Part shown: piece by piece, positions 46,326-54,553 of the stretch
Numbering within the stretch: the stretch's first letter is position 1
Layout of the letters: each line of letters begins with the position of its first letter
Made by a program: the position numbers and the translations under genes
The notes under the pieces: model-generated
What the model was told of the DNA's origin: nothing
What the model saw: only the letters and a program-made list of their open reading frames with translations
Database searches by the model: none
DNA from: a virus
IMG/VR virus record: IMGVR_UViG_3300042309_002885
Span: 57,926 to 121,925 of that record
Length of the DNA: 64,000 nucleotides
Direction: 5' to 3' (one strand)

Positions 46326-47066
46326 TCAAGATATAAAATCCGAAGTAAGAACTTCAACTTCTGTGTTATTATAGACCCCTTCGTGATGCATATTGTAAAG
46401 CTGTAAGGTGCATGGGTCTTTAAACCCTGATATAGGCGTGCAAAAGGAAATACCTGGGTAAACTAAATCTAAATTACTATCATTTATAATTATATAATCA
46501 AGATCTGCAGTGCCTAGGCTAGTAAATTCTAAATTATTTTCATTTCTATAATCAACCTGTATAGATTTATTTGAATTAGAATAAATACACCGAATTATTT
46601 GATTTGTGTCTATAGGATCTGAATAATTAATACTAGATAATGGCTGATAAAAAATTACTTTATTAGCGATATCTCGAATTACGAGTGATCTTGAAGATAT
46701 AGAATTAAAACCAACACCGGTTCTGTAGTTTGAAGATAATGCGCATAACCCTGTTGTATCTATCGTAACGCCCACGAGGTAGTATGGGTAATACGTAGAG
46801 ACAAAATCACCTGATAATATAGTTACGGGTGGTGTATATATCGCTGAATTTGATGCAGTACAGCACATGTATTGACCCGGGACGGTGTCGCTTTCGAATC
46901 CTGTAACGCAAGTTAAAAACGTACAAATACCGTATTCTGGCTCTATGCCTGATATATTATATTTGAAAGACCATATTATATCATAATTAGAATTGTATGG
47001 TATATTGCTGCTATAACTAATATACTTAGCAGTAGGGGGTAGAAAAATATCATCGGGTAGGGTCAT
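46326..47066 (-). CDS. Probable L-type lectin / ConA-like beta-sandwich protein
   Basis: LVGVTIDTT and C-terminal VYPGISF echo the legume-lectin AVEFDT and YVGFS strands. Confidence 0.45.
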   Translation of the reverse strand: MTLPDDIFLPPTAKYISYSSNIPYNSNYDIIWSFKYNISGIEPEYGICTFLTCVTGFESDTVPGQYMCCTASNSAIYTPPVTILSGDFVSTYYPYYLVGVTIDTTGLCALSSNYRTGVGFNSISSRSLVIRDIANKVIFYQPLSSINYSDPIDTNQIIRCIYSNSNKSIQVDYRNENNLEFTSLGTADLDYIIINDSNLDLVYPGISFCTPISGFKDPCTLQLYNMHHEGVYNNTEVEVLTSDFIS

Positions 47067-47293
47067 ATTTTATTGTTTTTTTTAGGAATTAATTCAAAGG
47101 CACAGGTAATGCTATTTATATCTTTAAACGGTTTTGTAAACACAAGTCGGTACCCTATTTTTTGCATTTCTTTTTTAATTGTTTTAAAGAATTCGAGATC
47201 GACATTAATAATTATACTCATTCTCGTCTTATCTAGTAAAACAAAATCTGTAAATTCCTGGCATACATGAACACCTCTTTCGTATACCTCCAT
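47063..47293 (-). CDS. Hypothetical late protein
   Basis: AATAAATA 5 nt before the ATG. Confidence 0.55.
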   Translation of the reverse strand: MEVYERGVHVCQEFTDFVLLDKTRMSIIINVDLEFFKTIKKEMQKIGYRLVFTKPFKDINSITCAFELIPKKNNKI

Positions 47294-47301
47294 ACTATTA
47301 T

Positions 47302-47466
47302 TTATTGCGATTTAATCATATGTACTATGTTCTGTATTTTTAGATATAGCTTATTGTATTGCTTTAGCTTTTCGTAATCTGTAATGTTAATAGTTAGTGT
47401 TTGAAGTATTTCAAGAATTAAATCGAAATCCTCTTCTGTAACATCTTCAACAGTTATTTCTTGCAT
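47302..47466 (-). CDS. Small hypothetical protein (54 aa), below the ORF-track cutoff
   Basis: MQEITVEDVTEEDFDLILEILQTL...HMIKSQ*; TAAATA upstream; fills the intergenic gap. Confidence 0.55.
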   Translation of the reverse strand: MQEITVEDVTEEDFDLILEILQTLTINITDYEKLKQYNKLYLKIQNIVHMIKSQ

Positions 47467-47533
47467 ATATATGCCTATTTAGTAATAAAAGCGTTTAAGT
47501 CCATACTAAATTACTTTTGTCATATGGTGTTTG

Positions 47534-48625
47534 TTATTGTATAGTTACTGTATTACTTCTTGCATTCCCGGAGCCAAAGCCTATATATATTGATCTAGGT
47601 AGTGATTGTGCAAAGCTAGTATTAGTAACAGGTACTATAAAATTAAACGGACGACTGAGCGCTTCGTTTGGCATTAAATATGAACTTCCACCTGGTATTG
47701 AGTTTGGGAGGATTAGATCAGCTATAGGTAAGTTAGTTTGTGCATCATAAAATGCACACTTTGGCTTAGGTATTAACCAAGGTAGATCGCTATCAGCTTT
47801 ATAACCTAGATTGACCCATATATGCTGACCTCTCGTTGGACTAGGTACAAAAATAGTCACAAACGCAGTTCGTTTAGGGACTGATCTCGGTGGTGTGTAC
47901 CATGCTTCTATAGTAAAATCAGCAACAGTCGGTGGATTTGTTGTAGGTCGAGCGGTGGTCGTTGTTGTTGTTGGTGCTAGTGTTGTTGTCGTTGCACCAT
48001 TCATGCTCGCGTTATTGCTCCAGTAAGTACCTGGAGGTTTGTATGCTATATCAGTATGTGTAATATTTGCTGTTGCTACGAGACGTAATCTAACAAGACC
48101 AACAAACCCAACATTGAATTGAATATTAAAATTGTCTAAAAATGTATAAAGGGAGGAATTAAGAAGGTTGTTGTTTAAATACACTTCACATGTTAGCGTG
48201 TTTGATGGTTTTACTGGTATGTTGGAGCGTAGTGTGTTGTTTGAAATATCTGAAACAGTAAATCCCGGAGTAGGCGCTTGAGTAGTAGTTGTAGTGGTCG
48301 TTGTAGGTCTTGGCGTTGTTGTGGTTGTTGTAGGTGCTAGCGTTGTAGTAGTTTGATTGATAATCTGTATTAAATTACTTCTGAGTGTAATAGTAGAGAC
48401 CTCCTTCCGAGGTAGATGCGGTAATATCACGCTTTCCGAAAGCGTTACTGTGTTCTTTTCGATTATTTGTCTCTTAAGCGTTATACTTGTAACAAATGCT
48501 TGAAGGCGTGGTTTTATGACAATTGTATATGGTGTTAGACCATACCAATCTCTATTTTCAACAACCTCTCCATAACCAGGTGCGGTAAATTCCAAAGTAC
48601 GTACATCAGTAGGTAGGGTAATCAT
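47534..48625 (-). CDS. Virion-associated protein with beta-sandwich domains and Thr/Pro linkers
   Basis: TTTTLAPTTTTTTPRP linkers; AATAAATA upstream. Confidence 0.65.
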   Translation of the reverse strand: MITLPTDVRTLEFTAPGYGEVVENRDWYGLTPYTIVIKPRLQAFVTSITLKRQIIEKNTVTLSESVILPHLPRKEVSTITLRSNLIQIINQTTTTLAPTTTTTTPRPTTTTTTTTQAPTPGFTVSDISNNTLRSNIPVKPSNTLTCEVYLNNNLLNSSLYTFLDNFNIQFNVGFVGLVRLRLVATANITHTDIAYKPPGTYWSNNASMNGATTTTLAPTTTTTTARPTTNPPTVADFTIEAWYTPPRSVPKRTAFVTIFVPSPTRGQHIWVNLGYKADSDLPWLIPKPKCAFYDAQTNLPIADLILPNSIPGGSSYLMPNEALSRPFNFIVPVTNTSFAQSLPRSIYIGFGSGNARSNTVTIQ

Positions 48626-48729
48626 TATATATACTATTTATTACAATTAATCGATGTTGTTATATTGAATTATCATCCTACCACAGTAAAAATCAGATTA
48701 TACTATCCAGCAGCCGCAGGAAGAATTCC

Positions 48730-51051
48730 TCACCATCCTGCTACAGGAGCAACTACTGGCCCCAGAAACGGCGCAACTGGTTGTCGCGTTGTAGTTGTAG
48801 TTGTAGTTGTAGTTGTAGTTATATCTGTTCTAGCGGCTGTAGCGGTATATGATATAAGAGGTGGTATACAGTTTGTGCAATTTCTTTCTTCCCGGCCTGG
48901 GTCTGTAATAACAGTCCACCCGTATCCGTTTGTCACTTTAATAATTCCGCTATTATTAATAACAAAAGGGCCACGATGAGGTGTTCCGCCATTTATATCT
49001 GTCTGTACACTATAACGAACATTGCCGTTATAGCCCCTATATGTATATGCTACTTCTCTTACCTCAACAACAATCGAAGTTGATGAGTATATTCTTGCAG
49101 ATGCCGTAAATGATTCATTTGGGGGGATGGTTGTCGGTCGCGCGCCACCAACAATAATATTGTTGCTAAAGACTTTTCCGGCGGTAATATAAATTGACGT
49201 TTCTGATATATCGCCCGGTATAGTAATCAAATTATTATTAAACGTCCATGTAAATGAAACAGGTGTATTGGTACCTGCTATAAACATTCGAACTTCACCG
49301 GGTACTAGTGTGATGGGTGAGGTAATGGTATATTTGGAATTACTACTTGAATAATTAAGGTTAATTCTAGGTGCAAGTGTTGTTGTAGTTGTAGTTGTAG
49401 TTGTAGTTGTAGTTGTTATATTAGAGGCTGTAGCGGTGTATGTTACTATCGGTGGTATGCAGTTAGAACACGACTTATAAATCCCCGCAGGGTCGCCAAC
49501 AACTGTCCATGCATAGCCACCACTTACCATGTTTGTGCTACCGTGAGTCTCGATCGTAAAGTCTCCCTGACTAGGTGTACCGCCCTGAATGCGGGTATAT
49601 ATTGTAAAACTAACGTTTCCAGTATATGTCTTTGTTGCATCTCTTATTTCTACAACAACCGTATTAGATGAATACATTCTTACAGTTGCGGTAAAAGTTA
49701 CTGGGGGGGAGGTTGTCGTTGTAGGTCTTAATGTCGTTGTAGTGGTCGTTGTTGTTGTAGTAGTAGGTCTTGCTGTAGTCGTTGTTGTGGTAGGTGCTAG
49801 CGTTGTGGTGGTCGTTGTTGTGGTAGTAGTAGTAGGTCCAGCTGTAGTTGTATTTATGGAGGGTCTGGCTGTAGTCGTTGTTGTAGTAGGTGCTAGCGTT
49901 GTAGTCGTTGTTGTAGTTGTTGTAGTAGTGGGTCGCGTTGTTGTGGTAGTAGTAGGTGCTAGTGTTGTTGTGGTAGTAGTAGGTCCAGCTGTAGTTGTAT
50001 TTATGGAGGGTCTGGCTGTAGTCGTTGTTGTAGTAGGTGCTAGCGTTGTAGTCGTTGTTGTAGTAGGTCTAGCTGTAGTCGTTGTTGTAGTAGGTGCTAG
50101 CGTTGTTGTGGTCGTTGTAGTAGTAGGTCTTGCTGTAGTCGTTGTTGTGGTAGGTGCTAGCGTTGTGGTGGTCGTTGTTGTGGTAGTAGGAATAGGGTAA
50201 GAACCCGGTGCTATAATTTCAGTAGAGGTTATAATTTGAGGATAATTAAAATGGGCATAAGTAATTTTAGCATAAACAGAAGATCGCTTCAGCTTACTTT
50301 TATCAGTTAATATTATGAAATGTGTATCAATTATATATAAACCTGGGTCGACTTCTTCATCATTATCATAGTACAACCTACAATTAACCTCACCTTCAAA
50401 ATTAAGCGGTTTATGCGCCGGTAGTAGACCAGTATTAACACGAATAATATCCGCACCGTTAGTGGATATATTAATAGAATCAGGTATTTGGGGTCTGTTG
50501 TCTACAGGCGCTAGTGTTGTTGTGGTCGTCGTTGGGTTAGGTCCCAGTGTTGTTGTGGTGGTCGTTGTGGTAGGTGCTAGTGTTGTTGTAGTCGTTGTTG
50601 GGTTAGGTCCTACTGTTGTTGTAGTCGTTGTAGTAGGTGCTAGCGTTGTTGTCGTTGTTGTAGGTCTTAATGTCGTTGTAGTAGTAGGTCTAGCTGTAGT
50701 CGTTGTTGTGGTAGGCGCTAGTGTTGTTGTAGTCGTTGTTGTTTTAACTTGTATGGTATTGCTTCGACGTAATTGTTGATTTTTATTAATGAAAACCACA
50801 CAAATAGCAGCATCAAATTCATTATGTAGATTTATTGTTGTAGAATTAAAGGCTATGCTATAAAAAATTGTAGGTACTGCAGTACCTACAAGTGATCCAG
50901 ACTTGTAATATAATTCTGTAAAATAGCCATTTGTAAGTAATGGTATATTTGAACTAATAGTATTGTTATTAGTTTGACCTATACGTAGTCTAGTAGATTT
51001 TATTTTACCAGCGTCTTCGTTATTACCAATACTTGACCTGTAGAATTTCAT
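48730..51051 (-). CDS. Mucin-like Thr/Pro-rich multidomain virion protein
   Basis: Long poly-Thr tracts punctuated by LAP/ARP/GP; duplicated domain containing CxNCIPP. Confidence 0.75.
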   Translation of the reverse strand: MKFYRSSIGNNEDAGKIKSTRLRIGQTNNNTISSNIPLLTNGYFTELYYKSGSLVGTAVPTIFYSIAFNSTTINLHNEFDAAICVVFINKNQQLRRSNTIQVKTTTTTTTLAPTTTTTTARPTTTTTLRPTTTTTTLAPTTTTTTTVGPNPTTTTTTLAPTTTTTTTTLGPNPTTTTTTLAPVDNRPQIPDSINISTNGADIIRVNTGLLPAHKPLNFEGEVNCRLYYDNDEEVDPGLYIIDTHFIILTDKSKLKRSSVYAKITYAHFNYPQIITSTEIIAPGSYPIPTTTTTTTTTLAPTTTTTTARPTTTTTTTTLAPTTTTTTARPTTTTTTTLAPTTTTTTARPSINTTTAGPTTTTTTLAPTTTTTTRPTTTTTTTTTTTLAPTTTTTTARPSINTTTAGPTTTTTTTTTTTLAPTTTTTTARPTTTTTTTTTTTLRPTTTTSPPVTFTATVRMYSSNTVVVEIRDATKTYTGNVSFTIYTRIQGGTPSQGDFTIETHGSTNMVSGGYAWTVVGDPAGIYKSCSNCIPPIVTYTATASNITTTTTTTTTTTTTLAPRINLNYSSSNSKYTITSPITLVPGEVRMFIAGTNTPVSFTWTFNNNLITIPGDISETSIYITAGKVFSNNIIVGGARPTTIPPNESFTASARIYSSTSIVVEVREVAYTYRGYNGNVRYSVQTDINGGTPHRGPFVINNSGIIKVTNGYGWTVITDPGREERNCTNCIPPLISYTATAARTDITTTTTTTTTTTRQPVAPFLGPVVAPVAGW
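49711..50190 (-). repeat. Degenerate ACN-codon tandem repeat (poly-Thr), containing a 92-bp exact duplication
   Basis: 49826-49917 is identical to 49973-50064. Confidence 0.85.
50509..50745 (-). repeat. Second poly-Thr repeat tract (TTTTTLAP / GPNP units)
   Basis: gtagtcgttgttg-type low-complexity repeats; boundaries approximate. Confidence 0.8.
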
Positions 51052-51060
51052 ACAATTTTT

Positions 51061-52962
51061 TTAAATGAAATCCCAGGTTTGTGACCCAATATATTTTAAT
51101 GTAAACACACCACCGGCAGGTATTCCAGAAACTGCATACCCTTCATTAATTGTTACACCAGGGTCAGGGTACAAATAAATATCATCTATAGAAGGTGTTT
51201 TACGGAAAGAAATATTAACACCGATATCCCAATTATCATCAGGTATATATATGTTTACATCGCCTGCCTGTATGAGTCTAATATATTGATAGGAGTCAGT
51301 AAGCTCTAAAACTATGCTAGCTGCTGCATTATTTATAATAGAGGTAGTCGACCAAGAAGCACTTAAAGCGGATACAGTAGCGTGAACACTATTTATTCTA
51401 CCGCTTAATGAGGAAAGTGTATTGTGTGTACTATTCCAGCGCGGACTTACACCATATAAAAACGTCTCAGCGTTATTCCAATTTGCACTTAAACTCGAAA
51501 CGGTATGGTGTGTAGTATTCCATCTTGCGCTTAATGAAGATAGAGTAGTGTGCGCTGTAACAAGCCTTGCTGAAAGATTACTAGTAGTTTGGTGTGCGCT
51601 ATTCCAATTACTACTTAAAGCGTTTGTAGTAATATAGTTCTCTGTCCAGCTATTACTCGATGTAGATACAATATTATATGCTGTAGTCCATCTAGAACTT
51701 AATGATCTAACGGTATTGTAAGCAGTGCTCGATCTTGCTGTTATGGCGAGTGACGTGGTTATGTTATTATTCCACTCCGCACTCAGCGCGCTAAGGGAGA
51801 GTGACGTTGAATACCAATCACCGCTTAGTACCTGTAATGTATTATATGCAGCGCTCCAGTCACCACTTAAGCTAGATACAGTTTTATATGTAGACTGCCA
51901 AGATGAGCTTAGTGATGATAGTGTGGTTTGCGTTGTATTCCATCTACCACTTAATGAACTTACTGCTATATATGTCTGGTCCCATGTAGGTGCAGGATAC
52001 ATGCCCCAGGTAGAGCTTAGTGACGAAACAGTAGAAAATGTAGAGTCCCAGCTAGTTTGTCCTGCTTGACCCCAGCCTGGACTTAAAGTAAACACAGTTG
52101 TGTATGTAGAATCCCATGTTGCAGCCGGTACACCGCCCCACGTAGAACTTAGTAAATTTACCGTGGAATGAGTAGCGTTCCATGAATTAGTTGATAGAGG
52201 AGATGAAGCTGCATTCCATACACCGCTCAATGTACGCATTGCAGTCGTTGTATCATTCCATTGATCACCAAGCATAAAAATTGTCGTAAACGCATCAGTC
52301 CAGCTTGAACTTAATAAGTTGACTGTTGTTGTGCTTGAGTCCCACGTTGCGCTTTTAGCTTGGGCTAGTGAAAAGGTGTTATCCCAATTTACACCACTAT
52401 TATAAACCCGAAAAGAATTATCATTCCAGAAGCCACTATTAGCATTAACAAAAGTAAATGCTTCACCCCAATAAGAGCTTAATGCTGATACTACTACATA
52501 AGTATCATTCCACATAATAGAGTTACCGCTATCTGCAGAGATAATGCCGAAAGCGGTAATATTGCCATTAGCAGAAATATTTCCCACTACCGTACCACCA
52601 CTAAGGGGTAAAAAATCTAGTATAACGGTAGCAGTACTACCAATAGCCTCCCAATTAGCAATATCTGTTGTAATACCGCCTCTGAATCTATAAAGCATTT
52701 TATGATCCGTACTAAACGCTATATCACCCGGTGATGGTGTACCAGCATCAACAGTTACAAGGGGACGTGAACCATTAAATAAATTTCCTGTTATGTTACC
52801 ACCAGGTGTAAATCCATCACCAATATATAAGCGCTTACCATCTACAGTATACGCTGGTTCACCAACGTCTAATATTACACCTCCCCTTTCGTTGTTTGTG
52901 CCGTTGCGAATGATAAGCTTTAAGAGCGTATCCTTTAATATTTCTAATGAGTTAGCTGCCAT
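51061..52962 (-). CDS. Tail fibre-like protein: Mtd_N-like head-end domain plus 14-aa Trp/Ser/Thr repeat shaft
   Basis: LIIRNGT....ILDVGEPAYTVD.KRLYIGDG; W..T(Y/H).TVSSLS repeats. Confidence 0.7.
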   Translation of the reverse strand: MAANSLEILKDTLLKLIIRNGTNNERGGVILDVGEPAYTVDGKRLYIGDGFTPGGNITGNLFNGSRPLVTVDAGTPSPGDIAFSTDHKMLYRFRGGITTDIANWEAIGSTATVILDFLPLSGGTVVGNISANGNITAFGIISADSGNSIMWNDTYVVVSALSSYWGEAFTFVNANSGFWNDNSFRVYNSGVNWDNTFSLAQAKSATWDSSTTTVNLLSSSWTDAFTTIFMLGDQWNDTTTAMRTLSGVWNAASSPLSTNSWNATHSTVNLLSSTWGGVPAATWDSTYTTVFTLSPGWGQAGQTSWDSTFSTVSSLSSTWGMYPAPTWDQTYIAVSSLSGRWNTTQTTLSSLSSSWQSTYKTVSSLSGDWSAAYNTLQVLSGDWYSTSLSLSALSAEWNNNITTSLAITARSSTAYNTVRSLSSRWTTAYNIVSTSSNSWTENYITTNALSSNWNSAHQTTSNLSARLVTAHTTLSSLSARWNTTHHTVSSLSANWNNAETFLYGVSPRWNSTHNTLSSLSGRINSVHATVSALSASWSTTSIINNAAASIVLELTDSYQYIRLIQAGDVNIYIPDDNWDIGVNISFRKTPSIDDIYLYPDPGVTINEGYAVSGIPAGGVFTLKYIGSQTWDFI

Positions 52963-52982
52963 ATGTTATATAAAGAAAGAAG

Positions 52983-54008
52983 TTACCAAGAAAAAATAGG
53001 AATAGCGTAACGTGCAGGTATATGATTACTATTGTTACTAGCTGGCTTGTTTCCTGTAAAGGTAATAAATCCTGCAGAGGTAAGCATAATATATACAGAC
53101 TCTCCGTTTCTAGAAGATAATGCTTGTATTTGTGTTACGCTAACAGCTTCCGTCATAATGTTGCTATTACTTAGCGGGTCACCATTAAAAGATGAAATGT
53201 GGTCATCATATCCCGTTAATGTATCAAATATGGTTTGAAGGTTAGATGTAATTTCACCAGAAGTAGTAAAATAAAATAAAGAATCGTCAATGTTAAGTGA
53301 TAGTGGTAGCCCGGCGCCGCCTTGCAAGCCAGTACCTACAATATTAGAGTTTATGTGTTGTGGCTTGACTCCTTGATAAGAAATTGTAAACCCATTTACA
53401 TCATTACCGGATATTACACCATCAGAAAAAGTACTCGGATGAATATTAGCAGCCGAAACACCATTTGTAGCTAGTGTAATTTGATCTGCACCTCCGCCAG
53501 TTATACCACCGCTAAAAGCAGCAGGCTTAATGTATTGATGGTCAAGACTCTGAGGTATAACCGCTAAACGATTACTATCATCAGGGTCAAAATATACAGT
53601 ACTACTTGAAAGTGTGTTGTAATTTAAATACGTGGTTGTAATTGAGTTATTTTTAATAGATATTGCATTGTCCTGTACTCTATAATTAAGAGTATCGGTG
53701 TTTAAAGCCGGACTAATAATTTGCCAATTACCTAAAACCTTCGGATTACTACCAACAAGTTGATACATTATATTATTTGCATTAACAATATCACCAATCT
53801 CTGCATTTAGACCTGTTAAACTATTTATAAATATGAGTGGAGGGTGTATACGTGAACTCACAGGCACGCCACCTGAAACATACCCCGTTCCGACATATAA
53901 TCTTTGTGTATCAATTGTATAGCCTAACTCACCCTCATCGAAAACAACTTGCTTTCGTTGATCGTTCGTACCGCGACGTATTTTTAGTTTTATGACTTTA
54001 ATATCCAT
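52983..54008 (-). CDS. Tail fibre-like protein: Mtd_N-like domain plus Gly-rich beta-spiral-like repeats
   Basis: KIRRGT..QR...FDEGELGYTIDTQRLYVG.G; GTGLQGGAGLPLSLNI. Confidence 0.7.
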   Translation of the reverse strand: MDIKVIKLKIRRGTNDQRKQVVFDEGELGYTIDTQRLYVGTGYVSGGVPVSSRIHPPLIFINSLTGLNAEIGDIVNANNIMYQLVGSNPKVLGNWQIISPALNTDTLNYRVQDNAISIKNNSITTTYLNYNTLSSSTVYFDPDDSNRLAVIPQSLDHQYIKPAAFSGGITGGGADQITLATNGVSAANIHPSTFSDGVISGNDVNGFTISYQGVKPQHINSNIVGTGLQGGAGLPLSLNIDDSLFYFTTSGEITSNLQTIFDTLTGYDDHISSFNGDPLSNSNIMTEAVSVTQIQALSSRNGESVYIMLTSAGFITFTGNKPASNNSNHIPARYAIPIFSW

Positions 54009-54014
54009 ACTTTC

Positions 54015-54545
54015 TTAAACAGTTACTATATAGCTCCACTCACCATTTCTATATCTATATATATCGTATATTACCTCACGCAAAATCCCCTGATAATAAA
54101 ATTTTTGTACCGTTAGACACTCATCATCATTATTTGGCATATCCATATCTAAAAATATCGGCGACGCTTGATCAATAAGTGTTGTCTTAAAATTAAAAAT
54201 ATTTGCATCAAATGCAGGTAGCTCAACGCTTGATAATATAAAGGTCTTCTGACGCTTAGGTACTAGTGTATTTAAACTGCGTATCTCTACTGCAGATGTT
54301 GCATTATTAAATGAAAGAACAGTGCTAGATGAAAGCGCGGATTTTACAGAAGTGAGCTTTGGTAAGCTAAAGTCGACGTTATTGACAATGACCCTACCAG
54401 CTAATTTACATGTATCCGTCGATATCGTTATAATAGATGGGTGACCTCTGCCGTCATAAACTACAGAACCAGTATTATTAATACTTCCAGATAGATGTAG
54501 GAATGTATGGTAGATCTCTTGTACAGGCTGGCCGTATAAATCCAT
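54015..54545 (-). CDS. Probable tail-associated protein
   Basis: TATAAATA 5 nt before the ATG; located in the fibre cluster. Confidence 0.55.
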   Translation of the reverse strand: MDLYGQPVQEIYHTFLHLSGSINNTGSVVYDGRGHPSIITISTDTCKLAGRVIVNNVDFSLPKLTSVKSALSSSTVLSFNNATSAVEIRSLNTLVPKRQKTFILSSVELPAFDANIFNFKTTLIDQASPIFLDMDMPNNDDECLTVQKFYYQGILREVIYDIYRYRNGEWSYIVTV

Positions 54546-54553
54546 ATGTTTAT

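Noticed and set aside
48640-48732. Decayed extension after the stop of the mucin-like gene (GGA-TGG, GGA-TAG, GGA-TGA at about 30-nt spacing)
   Set aside because: Only three short, weakly similar units; compatible with chance
49711-50745. Possible CRISPR array or satellite
   Set aside because: The repeats are in-frame codon repeats without unique spacers of constant length; no cas genes
49589-50779. Plus-strand poly-Val ORFs (49589-50200, 50462-50779, also 48665-48979)
   Set aside because: Antisense shadows of the poly-Thr codons (ACN reads as NGT/GTN); no promoter or independent signal
51061-54008. Diversity-generating retroelement suggested by Mtd_N-like domains
   Set aside because: No reverse transcriptase, no TR/VR pair differing at adenines and no C-type lectin tip seen in the window
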